A DNA stretch of 64,000 nt. Source: an uncultured Spirochaetota bacterium (lineage in GTDB: Bacteria > Spirochaetota > Spirochaetia > SZUA-6 > Fen-1364). The notes under the pieces are model-generated. The model had not been told where the DNA came from, made no database searches, and was given only the letters and a program-made list of their open reading frames with translations. The stretch is taken from NCBI GenBank assembly GCA_963734545.1, contig CAVTHO010000004.1, positions 672,001 through 736,000 of the forward strand, read 5' to 3'. The position numbers and the translations under genes were made by a program. Positions 9,412 through 19,979 of this stretch are shown here, piece by piece; the first letter of the stretch is position 1, and each line of letters begins with the position of its first letter.

Positions 9412-10482
9412 TCAGCCGATGACTCCCCCGCCCACGAGCGTATCCCCGTCATAGAAAACGGCCCATTGGCCGAGGGCGATAGCACGCTGCGGCTCGTCGA
9501 ACAGGACGCCGGCGCTGCCCCCCTGCCGGGGCGTCACCACCGCCGGAGCGGCGGGATTGCGATAGCGTATCTTCACCTCCAGGCGGAGCGGCGCGCTCGG
9601 TTCCTCGATGCTCGCCCAGTTGACGTCGTACGCGACAAGCTCACGGGCATACAGCCGGGAGTCCGGGCCGGCGATCACGGTGTTGGTGGCGGACTCGATG
9701 CGCGTCACGTACAGCGGATCTCCGCCTCCCACTCCCAGTCCCTTACGCTGGCCGACGGTGTACTTCCAGATGCCCGTGTGTGTTCCCAGGAGCCTGCCCT
9801 CCTCGTCCTTGATGGGGCCTTCCTTTTCCGGGGCATCCACAACCGCCTTGTACCCGCCGGCAGCAAAGTCCTGGCTTTCCGCCCTGTCGTGGTTGGCCAG
9901 CCCCGCCTCCCGGGCGCGCTGGCGTACCTCGGGCTTCGTCAGCTCCCCCAGGGGGAAAATCACGCGCCGGAGCTGGTCCTGCGTGAGCATGCAGAGGAAA
10001 TAGGACTGGTCCTTGAGGGAGTGGGCGGCCTTGCGAATGGCATAGCGCCCTGTCTGGGGATGGCGTTCCACGCGGCAGTAGTGCCCTGTGGCAAAGAGAT
10101 CGAAGTCGATGCCGGATGACGAGGTGAGCTTGTCCAGCAGCATGCCGAACTTGATGCGCTGGTTGCACAGGACACAGGGGTTGGGCGTGCGGCCGGCGAG
10201 GTACTCCGTGCGGGCATAGTCGATGACCATGGAGCGATATTCCTCCCGGAGGTCGACGACCTGGTGCGGGATGCCCAGCCGGGAGCAGATGCGCGCCGCC
10301 TCCTCGATGTCCTGCGGCTCCCCGGGACCGTAGCAGGAATCGATGACAGGCCCTTCGGCCGGGCCGCCGGAGTAGATCTTCATCGTGACGCCGATAACCT
10401 CGTGGCCCGCGTCACGCAGGAGAAGCGCGGCAACGGAGGAGTCCACTCCGCCGCTCATGCCCACCACCACGCGCTTCTTCAT
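9412..10482 (-). CDS. mnmA: tRNA 2-thiouridine(34) synthase
   Basis: MSGGVDSS PP-loop, TPNPC..CN..IKFG, ATGHY, KDQSYFL, YTVGQRKGL and GQ.AVFY. Confidence 0.96.
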   Translation of the reverse strand: MKKRVVVGMSGGVDSSVAALLLRDAGHEVIGVTMKIYSGGPAEGPVIDSCYGPGEPQDIEEAARICSRLGIPHQVVDLREEYRSMVIDYARTEYLAGRTPNPCVLCNQRIKFGMLLDKLTSSSGIDFDLFATGHYCRVERHPQTGRYAIRKAAHSLKDQSYFLCMLTQDQLRRVIFPLGELTKPEVRQRAREAGLANHDRAESQDFAAGGYKAVVDAPEKEGPIKDEEGRLLGTHTGIWKYTVGQRKGLGVGGGDPLYVTRIESATNTVIAGPDSRLYARELVAYDVNWASIEEPSAPLRLEVKIRYRNPAAPAVVTPRQGGSAGVLFDEPQRAIALGQWAVFYDGDTLVGGGVIG

Positions 10483-10499
10483 ATTACGCGCCGTCCTCC

Positions 10500-10982
10500 T
10501 CAGATCATGTAGTTCGCGGCCGGCGCACCCACCTCACGCGCCTGCCGGGCCAGCTCGGCAAGCGTGAAGCCGGAGAGGGAGCCCACGATGTCGTCTCGGA
10601 GCTTCTTCCACACCCGGGTTGCCACGCACGTGGTTGCGCGGCCGCACCCCGTGGGGTCATCACCGCACTCGCCGGTGCCCGCGCCCGCTGCCGGGTCCAC
10701 GCAGGGCACCGGCGCGATGGCCCCCTCGATGGCCTCTACAATGTCCTTCACGGTTATATCCTCAGGCGGCCGCGCGAGGGAATAGCCCCCGTGCGACCCC
10801 CGCTGGGACGCCACCAGGCCTCCGGCCTTCAGAGGAATGATGATCTGGCCGAGGTATTTTTCCGAGATTCCCTCCTGCCGGGCAATGGACTTCAGGAGGC
10901 TGATGCCATTGCCGTAATTCAACGCCAGGGCCACCATGAGTCTCACCCCATAGCGGCCCCGGGTGGACATCTGCAGGGGCAT
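10500..10982 (-). CDS. Rrf2-family transcriptional regulator (IscR/CymR-like)
   Basis: STRGRYG, YL.QI...L...GLV.S.RG..GGY.L, plus a Cys cluster (C...C...C...C). Confidence 0.93.
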   Translation of the reverse strand: MPLQMSTRGRYGVRLMVALALNYGNGISLLKSIARQEGISEKYLGQIIIPLKAGGLVASQRGSHGGYSLARPPEDITVKDIVEAIEGAIAPVPCVDPAAGAGTGECGDDPTGCGRATTCVATRVWKKLRDDIVGSLSGFTLAELARQAREVGAPAANYMI

Positions 10983-10985
10983 TGG

Positions 10986-11915
10986 TCACACGTCTTCGAA
11001 GAGCCAGGTGCTGAGGTAGCGCTCGCCGGTATCCGGCAGGATCACGACGATGAGTTTCCCCGCGTTCTCCGGGCGCTTTGCCACCTGGAGCGCCGCCCAC
11101 GCGGCGGCTCCCGCGGATATGCCCACGAGAATCCCTTCCTCCCTGGCAAGCCGGCGCGCGGTCTTTCCCGCGTCCTCTTCCTCGATCTTGACCACTTCGT
11201 CGATCAATTCTCTCCTGAGCACCCCGGGAATGAATCCCGCGCTGATGCCCTGGATCTTGTGCGGCGTATGCGGACCGTCGCCGGTGAGAAGGGGAGATTT
11301 GAACGGCTCCACGGCGATCACCTTGAACCCGGGCTTCCGTTTCTTGATGAACTCCGCCACGCCGGTGAGCGTTCCCCCGGTGCCGACGCCCCCGACAAGG
11401 ATGTCGACCTTGCCGTCCGTGTCCTTCCAGATCTCCTCCGCCGTTGTCTTGCGGTGGATCTCGGGATTGGCCGGGTTCTCGAACTGCTGGGGCATGAAAG
11501 CGTTCGGGGTCGTTTCCACGATCTCCCGGGCTTTTTCAATGGCGCCTTTCATCCCCTGCGCGGCCGGGGTCAGGACCAGCTCTGCGCCGAAAACCTTCAG
11601 CAGCTTGCGCCGCTCGACACTGAAGCTCTCCGGCATCGTGATGATGCAGCGATATCCCTTGACGGCCGATACGTACGCGAGAGCGATGCCCGTGTTGCCG
11701 CTGGTCGGCTCCACGATCACGCCGCCCTTTTTCAGCAATCCCCTCTTCTCGGCGTCCACGATCATCGCGAGACCGATCCTGTCCTTCACGCTGGAGAGCG
11801 GATTGCGCGATTCGAGCTTTGCCACGACGTCCGCCTTTGCGCCGTCAGTGACCCTCTGCAGCCGCACGAGCGGCGTGTTGCCTACGAGCTCAAGAACGCT
11901 TTCTTTTATATTCAT
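10986..11915 (-). CDS. cysK: Cysteine synthase A
   Basis: [41 protein letters not shown] and [10 protein letters not shown]. Confidence 0.97.
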   Translation of the reverse strand: MNIKESVLELVGNTPLVRLQRVTDGAKADVVAKLESRNPLSSVKDRIGLAMIVDAEKRGLLKKGGVIVEPTSGNTGIALAYVSAVKGYRCIITMPESFSVERRKLLKVFGAELVLTPAAQGMKGAIEKAREIVETTPNAFMPQQFENPANPEIHRKTTAEEIWKDTDGKVDILVGGVGTGGTLTGVAEFIKKRKPGFKVIAVEPFKSPLLTGDGPHTPHKIQGISAGFIPGVLRRELIDEVVKIEEEDAGKTARRLAREEGILVGISAGAAAWAALQVAKRPENAGKLIVVILPDTGERYLSTWLFEDV

Positions 11916-13204
11916 TTGTTCAACGCCTGATCGATGTCGTCTTTGATATCGTCCACGTGCTCGAGACCGATGGAGAGCCGGACAAGCTCGGGTGTCAGCC
12001 CGCCTTCCCTCTGCTGTTCCTCCGATAGCTGCGAGTGGGTCGTGGTTGCCGGATGGATGGCCAGACTCTTGGCGTCCCCCACGTTGGCAAGATGGGAAAT
12101 GAGCTTCAAGCTGTCGATGAACTTTGCCCCCGCCGCCTTGCCCCCGCTGGTGCCGAACACCACCATTCCGCCGAACCCCTTCTTGAGGTACTTGCTCGCA
12201 AGGGGATACGTCGGATCATCCGGCAGGCCCGGGTAGCGCACCCAGCTCACCTTGGGATGCTTCTTCAGCCACTGCGCCACGACCAGCGCGTTGCTGCTGT
12301 GCCGTTCCATCCGCAGCGGCAGGGACTCGATGCCCTGGAGGAAGATCCATGCGTTGTCGGGCGAGATGCACGCGCCCAGGTTGCGCAGCGGAACGGTCCT
12401 CAAGCGCAGGGCGAACGCGATGGGGGCGAGCGCCGCCGGAAGATCGCTTGCCCAGTGCAGGCCGTGGTAGTTGGGATCGGGATCGTTGAAGAGCTTGAAC
12501 TTCTTGTCCTTCCAGTCGAACTTGCCCGCGTCGGTGACGACTCCCCCGATGCCCGTTCCATGCCCTCCCATCCACTTGGTGAGGGAATTGACCACGATGT
12601 CAGCCCCGTACTCGATCGATTTCAGGAGGTACGGGGTCGTGAAGGTTGCATCCACAATGAGGGGAAGCCCGTGCGCGTGGGCAACTTTGGCAACTGCCTG
12701 GATATCGGTGACATCCAGCAGGGGATTTCCGATTGTTTCGATGAAAAGGGCACGGGTTTTCGGGGTGATTGCCTTCTCGAAGTTCTTCGGGTCGTCGTGC
12801 TTGACGAACTTCGTGGTGATGCCGAGGGTCGGCAGAATGGCATCGAACATCGTATACGTGCCGCCGTAGAGATTGTTGGCGGAGACGATCTCGTCCCCCA
12901 CCTGGGCGAGCGTGATGATCGAATTGAAGATCGCCGCGGTGCCCGAGGCCAGCGCCACGGAGGCTGCCCCTCCTTCGAGGAGACTTACCCTCTGCTCCAG
13001 GACGTCCTGCGTGGGATTCATGATCCTGGAATAGATGTTGCCCAGCTCCTTCAGGGCGAACAGGTTGGCTGCCCTCTCGGTGCTGGGGAACACGTAGGAA
13101 CTGGTCCGGTGAACCGGCACGCCGCGGGCCGTGGTGGTCGGGTCCACCTGCTGACCTCCGTGCAACGCCAGTGTCTCGAACTTGAGTTGCTTTGCCTCGC
13201 CCAT
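11912..13204 (-). CDS. metY: O-acetylhomoserine/O-acetylserine sulfhydrylase
   Basis: [45 protein letters not shown] and RLSIGLE. Confidence 0.93.
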   Translation of the reverse strand: MGEAKQLKFETLALHGGQQVDPTTTARGVPVHRTSSYVFPSTERAANLFALKELGNIYSRIMNPTQDVLEQRVSLLEGGAASVALASGTAAIFNSIITLAQVGDEIVSANNLYGGTYTMFDAILPTLGITTKFVKHDDPKNFEKAITPKTRALFIETIGNPLLDVTDIQAVAKVAHAHGLPLIVDATFTTPYLLKSIEYGADIVVNSLTKWMGGHGTGIGGVVTDAGKFDWKDKKFKLFNDPDPNYHGLHWASDLPAALAPIAFALRLRTVPLRNLGACISPDNAWIFLQGIESLPLRMERHSSNALVVAQWLKKHPKVSWVRYPGLPDDPTYPLASKYLKKGFGGMVVFGTSGGKAAGAKFIDSLKLISHLANVGDAKSLAIHPATTTHSQLSEEQQREGGLTPELVRLSIGLEHVDDIKDDIDQALNK

Positions 13205-13233
13205 CCTAATCTCCTTTCCGTCCTGGTAGAATC

Positions 13234-13312
13234 ACTACCATGTCTATAGTATTGGTGGTAATTTGGCGTAATCGAGTCTATTTGTCAATAGTAAGTCTAT
13301 AGAAATAGTAGT
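13234..13312 (-). promoter_or_regulatory. AT-rich metY promoter with two inverted candidate Rrf2 boxes
   Basis: ACTACCATGTCTATAG (+, from 13234) and ACTACTATTTCTATAG (-, from 13312) flank a minus-strand TTGACA (13283-13288). Confidence 0.55.
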
Positions 13313-13361
13313 ATATCAGCAGACGGGCGCAAAGGCAAAGCTTTTGGCAAATTGCCCACGC

Positions 13362-14150
13362 CTACTGCGTGTTGTCGGCCCTCTTGATGTGGAGCATGAC
13401 GCCTGCCACGCCGAGCACGAAGACAGCGGCAAGCACGGCGTAGCTTCCCGTACCGATGGATTGCCGCGCCTCGGGGCCTGCCGCGCCCGTAAAGAGAGGG
13501 ACAATGGACCAGGGCACCCACGGTGCCCAGCCCGTGGGCCCGAAGACCATTCCCAGGATCAGCGTGAAGATTGTGACGCCGAGCGGGGCAAAATAGCCCT
13601 TGCCTGCAAGCGCGGTCCATGCGGCCACAGGGCAGAGGAGAATGAGGAGCGCGGCTGATTCCAGTTCAACTTCCATGGAATGGAGAACCAGCCCGGACGA
13701 ATACCCTGGCAGCCCCACGAGCAGCCCCATGAGAATGGATTCCGCGCAGAAGGCCGCGGAAAGCGCCGCAAACCAGATCACGATCACCGCCACCTTGGCC
13801 AGGACGAACCATTCACGATGGATCGGCAGCGCAAGCATGTTCTTGGCAGTGCCTTCCGCGTATTCCCTTCCGAAAACGTAGGCAGATATGACCCCGATGA
13901 GGATCATCCCTGCAACACCCGTCATCTGGAGCATCATCGAAAGGTAGGTGGGCCAGTCCGCGCTGCCTGCGGACCACCTTGCCTTTGCAGCGATCAGCCC
14001 CATGCGCTGCCCGAGCCCGGGGTCCTTCAGAACAATCATGAACAACGCGCCGATCAGCGGGCCTGCGCCGTATGCCAGAAACGTGATCCACGTGATCTTG
14101 CTGCGCCGCAGCTTGAGAATCTCGGCATGAAGGATTGTGGCAAAGCTCAT
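13362..14150 (-). CDS. ABC-2 type exporter permease (bacitracin/lantibiotic-immunity-like)
   Basis: AEILKLRRS, FGREY..GT.KN.L..P..R and six TM segments. Confidence 0.88.
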   Translation of the reverse strand: MSFATILHAEILKLRRSKITWITFLAYGAGPLIGALFMIVLKDPGLGQRMGLIAAKARWSAGSADWPTYLSMMLQMTGVAGMILIGVISAYVFGREYAEGTAKNMLALPIHREWFVLAKVAVIVIWFAALSAAFCAESILMGLLVGLPGYSSGLVLHSMEVELESAALLILLCPVAAWTALAGKGYFAPLGVTIFTLILGMVFGPTGWAPWVPWSIVPLFTGAAGPEARQSIGTGSYAVLAAVFVLGVAGVMLHIKRADNTQ

Positions 14151-15076
14151 GATGCCTCCCCGGTCAGGCGCATGAAGCGCATCTCGAGATCCTCCGATAC
14201 CGGGCAGAGCCGCAGGAGAGACACCCCTGCATGCACCACCGCACGCGCCACATCTTCCGGGCGCACATTTCTGTCCCGTATCGTGAGGCTACCCGGCGCG
14301 GTCTCAGCGATTGCGGTCACGCCGAGGGATTCCGCAAGGGCCCGCGCGGCGCCGGGCACGTCCGACACGGTGATCTCGACTCCTGATGGTCGGGAGGCGG
14401 CAAGCTCCTCCCCACTGATTTCATCCACCAGTCTTCCCTGGTGGATGATCCCGATGCGGTCAGCCAGATGCGCTATCTCGCCGAGGATGTGGCTGGAAAG
14501 GAACACGGTCACGCCCTTGTCATGCGCCAGGTTTCTCAGCAGCTCCCGTATCTCCACGATCCCTGCCGGGTCCAGCCCATTTGTGGGCTCATCGAGAACA
14601 AGAATCCCTGGCGATCCCAGCAGGGCGCGGGCCAGGCTGAGGCGCTGCTTGTTTCCGAGGGAAAGCCTTCCGGCGCGCCGCTCCGCATAAGCCTCCAGGT
14701 GTTGTGAACCCATGACCTCATCAACCGCACGCGCCGGCGCGCCCCGCAGGCGTCGGTGCATGTCGAGGTTCTCCCGAACCGTAAGGTTCGGATACGCCGA
14801 GGCCGACTCCACAAGATACCCTGCGGATGACAAGGCGGCTTCCCGCTCGCTGCGGAGATCCCGGCCGAGGAGGATTACCGAGCCCGCGGTCGGCTTGATC
14901 AGACCGAGCATCATGCGAATGGTCGTGGTCTTTCCCGCCCCGTTGCGGCCGAGAAAACAGTAGACTTCCCCGGGACGGATCCTGAGACTGAGCTGCTGGA
15001 CCGCACGTACTTCCTTGTAGTGCTTGGTCAGGCCCTCCACCGCTATCGCGGCGCCGTTCATTCCCCTGTCACTCAC
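14147..15076 (-). CDS. ABC exporter ATP-binding protein (BcrA-like)
   Basis: GRNGAGKTT, LSLGNKQR, LDEPTNGLDP and SSH. Confidence 0.93.
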   Translation of the reverse strand: MSDRGMNGAAIAVEGLTKHYKEVRAVQQLSLRIRPGEVYCFLGRNGAGKTTTIRMMLGLIKPTAGSVILLGRDLRSEREAALSSAGYLVESASAYPNLTVRENLDMHRRLRGAPARAVDEVMGSQHLEAYAERRAGRLSLGNKQRLSLARALLGSPGILVLDEPTNGLDPAGIVEIRELLRNLAHDKGVTVFLSSHILGEIAHLADRIGIIHQGRLVDEISGEELAASRPSGVEITVSDVPGAARALAESLGVTAIAETAPGSLTIRDRNVRPEDVARAVVHAGVSLLRLCPVSEDLEMRFMRLTGEAS

Positions 15077-15671
15077 TCACTGGTCCTTTCCTTATCAACG
15101 CACTACTCAGCAGGTCCAGCAGGAGCTCGAGCGAATCCCCGAGCTGACCATCCTCGCGGTGCAGGTACACGAAGAATATCGCGCGGGAAAGATCGACGAG
15201 CTGCCGGACGGTGTATCGGCACTCGAAACCACGCGCCTTCCAGCCCTGAATGAGACCGGCGATGAACTCCTCGTCCCGATCGTCGTCAAGGGCCTCCGGC
15301 GGCAGCCTGCGGCTGAGGAGCGTGTACGTCTCCGGGCTCGAAGCCGCGCGAAGCATGGGGTAGCGTTCCAGGGCTTCGAGCTGAGCAGTATAGAGCCTTT
15401 TGAATTGCGCGCGGGGAGCGAGAGACGTGTCGGCCAGAATGCCGGAGATCTCCTGCCGCATGCTGGCCTCATCCTCCTTGATGATCGATAGGAAAAGCTC
15501 CTCCTTGGAAGAGAAGAAAGCGTAGAATGAGCCCTTGGCAATTCTCACCCCGGTGCAGAGCTCGTCCACCGACACCTTTGCCAGCCCCTGGCGGACAAAG
15601 AGCTCCCGCCCTTTCTTCAACAGCGCGGCGCGGATTGCGCTGCGCTCCCGATCGTCAAAATGCCGCGGCAT
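15069..15671 (-). CDS. TetR/AcrR family regulator
   Basis: N-terminal HTH: LF...G....SVDEL....IAKGSFY.FF.SKEELF. Confidence 0.92.
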   Translation of the reverse strand: MPRHFDDRERSAIRAALLKKGRELFVRQGLAKVSVDELCTGVRIAKGSFYAFFSSKEELFLSIIKEDEASMRQEISGILADTSLAPRAQFKRLYTAQLEALERYPMLRAASSPETYTLLSRRLPPEALDDDRDEEFIAGLIQGWKARGFECRYTVRQLVDLSRAIFFVYLHREDGQLGDSLELLLDLLSSALIRKGPVSE

Positions 15672-15701
15672 GCAGGAATTCTCCTTCTGCTGCTATTGAA
15701 C

Positions 15702-15732
15702 TAAATGACTACTTCGTTCATATAGTCATTTA
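15702..15732. promoter_or_regulatory. Palindromic operator, probably bound by the adjacent TetR
   Basis: Perfect 10-bp arms, TAAATGACTA-N11-TAGTCATTTA, about 30 nt upstream of the tetR start. Confidence 0.75.
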
Positions 15733-15787
15733 ACTGAATGTATCAGGCAATTCAAGTACGGTCAAGCGGCATCCATTCAGCCTTCTG

Positions 15788-16780
15788 TCAGGTGACGAAG
15801 TGGCAGGCAACGCGATGGCCGGGCCTGACCTCGCGGAGCTCGGGCGTGACCTTTCCGCATTTCTCCTGTTCGAGAGGACATCGCCCCACAAAAGGGCAGC
15901 CGGACGGGGGCCGGGTGGGATTGTAGGGAGTGCCGCCTGTAGAGCCTCGCTCGGGCGGCTTCGCTCCGAGCCGGGGCACGGCGCTGTAAAGGAGCTGTGT
16001 GTAGGGGTGCAGCGGGCTCGCCACGATGTCAGCCGTCGGGGCTTCCTCCATCAGCCTTCCCCCGTACAGCACGCCGATTCGGTCCGCCATGTAGGAGACG
16101 ACCGTCAGGTCGTGCGCAATGAAGATCATGGTCAGGCGATACTCTCGTTTCAGATCGATCAGAAGATTGAGGATCTGGCCCTGCACGGAGACGTCGAGGG
16201 CGCTGACCACTTCGTCACATATCAGGGCGCTCGGGCCGCTGATCAGGGCGCGGGCAAGGGAGATGCGCTGGCGCTGGCCGCCGGAGAACTCCGAAGGCCG
16301 CCTCCCGAGATCCTCCCCCCTGAGACCCACGGCTTCCATGGTTTCCCGGGCCCGGGAAACGAGCCGGGCCGGATCCAGGGACCGATCCGCGTATCGGGAG
16401 CCCGTGGTGAGAATGCGAAGCACGTTCATCCGCGGATCGAGGGCCGATGCAGGATCCTGGAACACGTACTTCACGTCCGTGCGGAAGCGGCGCAAGGTGC
16501 GTGGATCACTTCGCGTGATCTCCCATCGATCGCTGCCGGTGAAATACTCGATCCTGCCCGAGGTATGGGGAAAGAGCTGCACAAGCGCCCGGGCGAGCGT
16601 GGTTTTTCCGGAGCCGGATTCCCCCACGAGCCCGTAGGTCTCACCCCGGAGAACGTCGATGCTGACGCCGTTCAACGCCCAGACCCATCGACCCGCCGCG
16701 GCAAACAGGCCGGCATCGAGCTTGTATACCTTGGTCAGGCCGCTCACCCGGAGAAATGTGTCCGCGCTCCCCGTGCTCAT
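15788..16780 (-). CDS. oppF: Oligopeptide/dipeptide ABC ATP-binding protein
   Basis: GESGSGKTT, FQDP, FSGGQRQR, DEVVSALDVS, HPYT and GCPF..RC..VACH. ATGA overlap with the upstream ATPase. Confidence 0.88.
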   Translation of the reverse strand: MSTGSADTFLRVSGLTKVYKLDAGLFAAAGRWVWALNGVSIDVLRGETYGLVGESGSGKTTLARALVQLFPHTSGRIEYFTGSDRWEITRSDPRTLRRFRTDVKYVFQDPASALDPRMNVLRILTTGSRYADRSLDPARLVSRARETMEAVGLRGEDLGRRPSEFSGGQRQRISLARALISGPSALICDEVVSALDVSVQGQILNLLIDLKREYRLTMIFIAHDLTVVSYMADRIGVLYGGRLMEEAPTADIVASPLHPYTQLLYSAVPRLGAKPPERGSTGGTPYNPTRPPSGCPFVGRCPLEQEKCGKVTPELREVRPGHRVACHFVT

Positions 16781-17764
16781 GTCTTCACTCCGGGAAAGAT
16801 GCAGCGATAGACCCCGCCATACGGCGCGCCCTCGGCGGAGTCCTCGCGCACCAGTGGGGGAATGACCTCGCGGCAGCGCTCCACGACGAGCCGGGCAGCG
16901 CGGCGCAAAGGGGCAGCCCGGCTCGTGATGGGTCGGATCCGGCACGGACCCCGCGATCGTGCGGAGCTTCTCCCTGCTGTAGTGGCTTCCCCAGGACGGA
17001 AGGGCGTCCAGGAGGGCGCGCGTGTAGGGGCTGCGTGGATGGGAAAGGACGCGGCCCGCGGGCCCCGCCTCCAGCACGAGCCCGGCGTACATGACATGTA
17101 TCTGGTCCGCGATCTGTCCCACGAGGGCGAGGTTGTGCGAGATGAAGACCAGGGAGAGCCGGCGCCGGCTGCGCAGCTCGCTCAGCAGCCCTATTATCTC
17201 GGCCTGGATCGTGACGTCCAGCGCGGTGGTCGGCTCATCCGCGATGAGCAGCTCGGGATCGTTGGCAAGGGCCAGGGCGATCATGATCCTCTGGAGCATG
17301 CCGCCGGAGAACTGGTGCGGGAAGCCGCGGAGGCGCTCTTCCGCGCGAGGAATGTGGACCTCCGTGAGGAGACGCACGGCCCTGCGCTGGCACTCGTCCG
17401 CGCGGAGCTCAGGGTCCTTCACGCGCAGGGTTTCCTCGAATGTCTTTCCGATGCTGGAGATCGGGTCGAAGGAGCGGCTCGGCTCCTGGAAGATCATGGA
17501 CGCCACGGTGCCGCGGAAGGCGCGAAGCTGCTCGGGGCCCAGGCCTCGCAGCTCGGCGCCTTTCAGGAGGATGCTCCCGCCCACGCGCGCGTCCTTTCCC
17601 AGCAGCCCCAGCGCCGCGAGGGCGCTGACGCTCTTGCCGGACCCCGACTCGCCGACGATGCCCAGGCACTCCCCGGTGCGCAGGGTGAAGTCGACGCCGC
17701 GGACCGCCTGCAGCGCGCCCTCGCGCGAGGGGAAATCCACGGTCAGGCCACGCACGTCGAGCAC
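16777..17764 (-). CDS. oppD: Oligopeptide/dipeptide ABC ATP-binding protein (one frameshift near 16890)
   Basis: GESGSGKS, FSGGMLQR, DEPTTALDVT and GCPFAPRCP. The true C-terminus (LVVERCREVIPP...YRCIFPGVKT*) is in another frame. Start uncertain. Confidence 0.85.
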
Positions 17765-17775
17765 GGTCAGATCGC

Positions 17776-17823
17776 CCGGTCGCTCCTGGCGACATTCACG
17801 CGGTCACTCCTGGCGGCACTATC
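17776..17823 (-). repeat. Two CAGGA-loop hairpin elements between oppC and oppD
   Basis: Minus strand reads TAGT-GCCGC-CAGGA-GTGAC-CGC then GAAT-GTCGC-CAGGA-GCGAC-CGG, the same unit as at 5651. Confidence 0.75.
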
Positions 17824-18901
17824 CACGGCGGGTCTCCCTCCAGTTCGGATCCACCATGTCCCTGAGGAGCTCTCCCAGGAAATTGAACGCCAGGGCAATG
17901 AGGATGAGGAAAACGCCCGGGGCGAAAAGCCAGGGGAACTGGACGAGATTCGTGATCGTGGTGGCGTCCCGGTTGATCATGCTGCCCCAGCTCACGGCGG
18001 GATCCACGATGCCCAGGCCCAGGTAGGAGAGCACCGTCTCCCCGAGGATGAAACCGGGAATGCCGAGGGTGACGCTGATGATGAGGATCGAGGCCATCTG
18101 CGGGATGATGTGGCGGAAAAGGATGGCGCGGGGCGGCATGGATTCCAGCTCCGCGTTGGCCACGAAATCGTTCCGCTTGATGGAGTGGACCATGCCGCGG
18201 ATCATGCGCGCGGTTCCCGGCCACCCGACGGTGGAGAGGATCACCGTGATGATCGCGTAGGACTGGCCCGAGTTCATGTTGGTGCTGAGGATGGAGCGAA
18301 GGAAGAGGATGAGGTAAAGACCGGGGATCAGGATGATGTACTCGGCAAGACGCATGATGATCCAGTCCCACAGCCCTCCAAGGTAGCCGGCCAGACCGCC
18401 CAGGAGGAGCGCGATGAGGAGAGAGACGGCCACGCCCACGAACCCGATGGTCAGGGAGATCCGCGAGCCGTAGAGGAGCCGGCTGAAGATGTCCCTGCCG
18501 AGATTGTCCGTGCCGAACAGGAACACCGGCTCCGCCCCGGCATCCGGATGCGTGTAGCGGTCCGTGCCGAAGAGGTGATGCCGGAAGGGAATGAGGCCCC
18601 AGAGCTTCGCTTCCGGTCCCGCGGCAAAGAGGTTCACCGGCGTGTAGCGGCCCTCGAGGCCCGCATACTCCCGGGTGAAGTCGTTGATCAGCACGAGGGT
18701 CTGCACCTGGGGTCGAAAGCCGAGCGCGCGGGAATACAGGAGAAGCGAGGGGGGCTGGTTGGAATGGCCTGCGAACTGGTCATTGGGACCGTAGGGCGCA
18801 AGAAACTCGCAGAAGATCATGCCGAAGTAGAGAACGGCCAGGACGATGAACGAGGCCAGGGCGATGGGCCTGCGGCGGAGAGCACCCCAGAAGCGCTTCA
18901 T
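17819..18901 (-). CDS. oppC: Peptide ABC transporter permease
   Basis: FGTDNLGRDIFSRLLYGSRISL, HIIP, LSYLGLG...SWG and FNFLGE.LRD..DP. Confidence 0.9.
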   Translation of the reverse strand: MKRFWGALRRRPIALASFIVLAVLYFGMIFCEFLAPYGPNDQFAGHSNQPPSLLLYSRALGFRPQVQTLVLINDFTREYAGLEGRYTPVNLFAAGPEAKLWGLIPFRHHLFGTDRYTHPDAGAEPVFLFGTDNLGRDIFSRLLYGSRISLTIGFVGVAVSLLIALLLGGLAGYLGGLWDWIIMRLAEYIILIPGLYLILFLRSILSTNMNSGQSYAIITVILSTVGWPGTARMIRGMVHSIKRNDFVANAELESMPPRAILFRHIIPQMASILIISVTLGIPGFILGETVLSYLGLGIVDPAVSWGSMINRDATTITNLVQFPWLFAPGVFLILIALAFNFLGELLRDMVDPNWRETRRG

Positions 18902-19979
18902 GAGCGCGAGTACCTTATCCGCGGATCGACGAGCGCGAGGGCCACGTCGGAGACCAGCATGCCCACGAGGATGAGAAAGCTGATGAACATGATGTTGGTC
19001 ATCACGAGGTTGATGTCCTTCTGGATGACGGCCTCGTACATGAGCCGCCCGATCCCGGGGTAGGAGAAGATTATTTCCAGTATCAGCGACCCGGAAAAAG
19101 ATCGGCCAGGAGATTGGAGGAGCTGGTGATGAACGGGTTCATCGTGTTCCGAAAGGCATGGTGGAAATAGATCCGCCTCTCGGAAATCCCGCGTGAGCGC
19201 AGCGCCGTGATATAGGGCTGGCCGAGCTGATCGAGCATGGTGGCGCGGATCAGGCGGAGTGACCCGCCGATGCTGCCCAGGAAGGCTCCGATGAGCGGGA
19301 GAATGATGTGGTAGAGGTACGAGAAGGTGAACCCGACCGGATTGCCGTCATAGTTCTCCGACGGGTACGCGGTCACGGGGAAAATGCCCGTTGCCGAGGC
19401 GAACATCTGCAAAAGGATGAGCAGGAGGATGCCGGGGAATGCGTTGAGGAACAGGCTGACGAATGCAACCACCGGGTCGATTCGCGAACCGGCCTTGGAG
19501 GAGAAGTACAACCCCAGGGCGAACGAGATGATCGTCAGAAAGACGAGGGAGATGAGGTTGAGGATTATGGAGTTCAGCATCCGGGTGCCCACCAGGAAGA
19601 GGACGGGGGCGCGCGAGATGAGCGAGCGTCCCAGGTCGTGCTCCACGAAGATCTGGTAGAGCCAGTGCGTGTACTGCACGTAGAAGGGCCGATCCAGCCA
19701 CAGCCGGTGCTTGGCCTCCTGGATCTGCGCCTCCGTCAGCGTGTTCGTGTCGGACTGAAAGCCGCGCGTCTGAAGGATCTGGCTCCTGGCGTAATTATCG
19801 ACGATGTCCCCGGGGGAGAGGGACATGAGGCCGAACGCTCCCAGCCCGAGGAGAAAGAGCATGACGAGCATGGTGAGGAACCGGCCCGTGAGGAACGTGG
19901 CAAGGGGATGCCGCTGTCTGAGCCGTGCGAGGCTGAACGGCGCCCTCACGCGGGCGGTGCCGGCACCGGGCAGGCTCAT
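18898..19979 (-). CDS. oppB: Peptide ABC transporter permease (frameshift near 19095)
   Basis: PGD, LDRPFYVQY, DLGRS and YITALRSRG. Continues in another frame as SLILEIIFSYPGIGRL...DPRIRYSRS*. Confidence 0.88.

Noticed and set aside
15788-17764. Fused double-ATPase OppD-OppF
   Set aside because: The Cys-containing OppD tail with its own stop overlapping the oppF ATG is in another frame, so a single indel explains the fusion.
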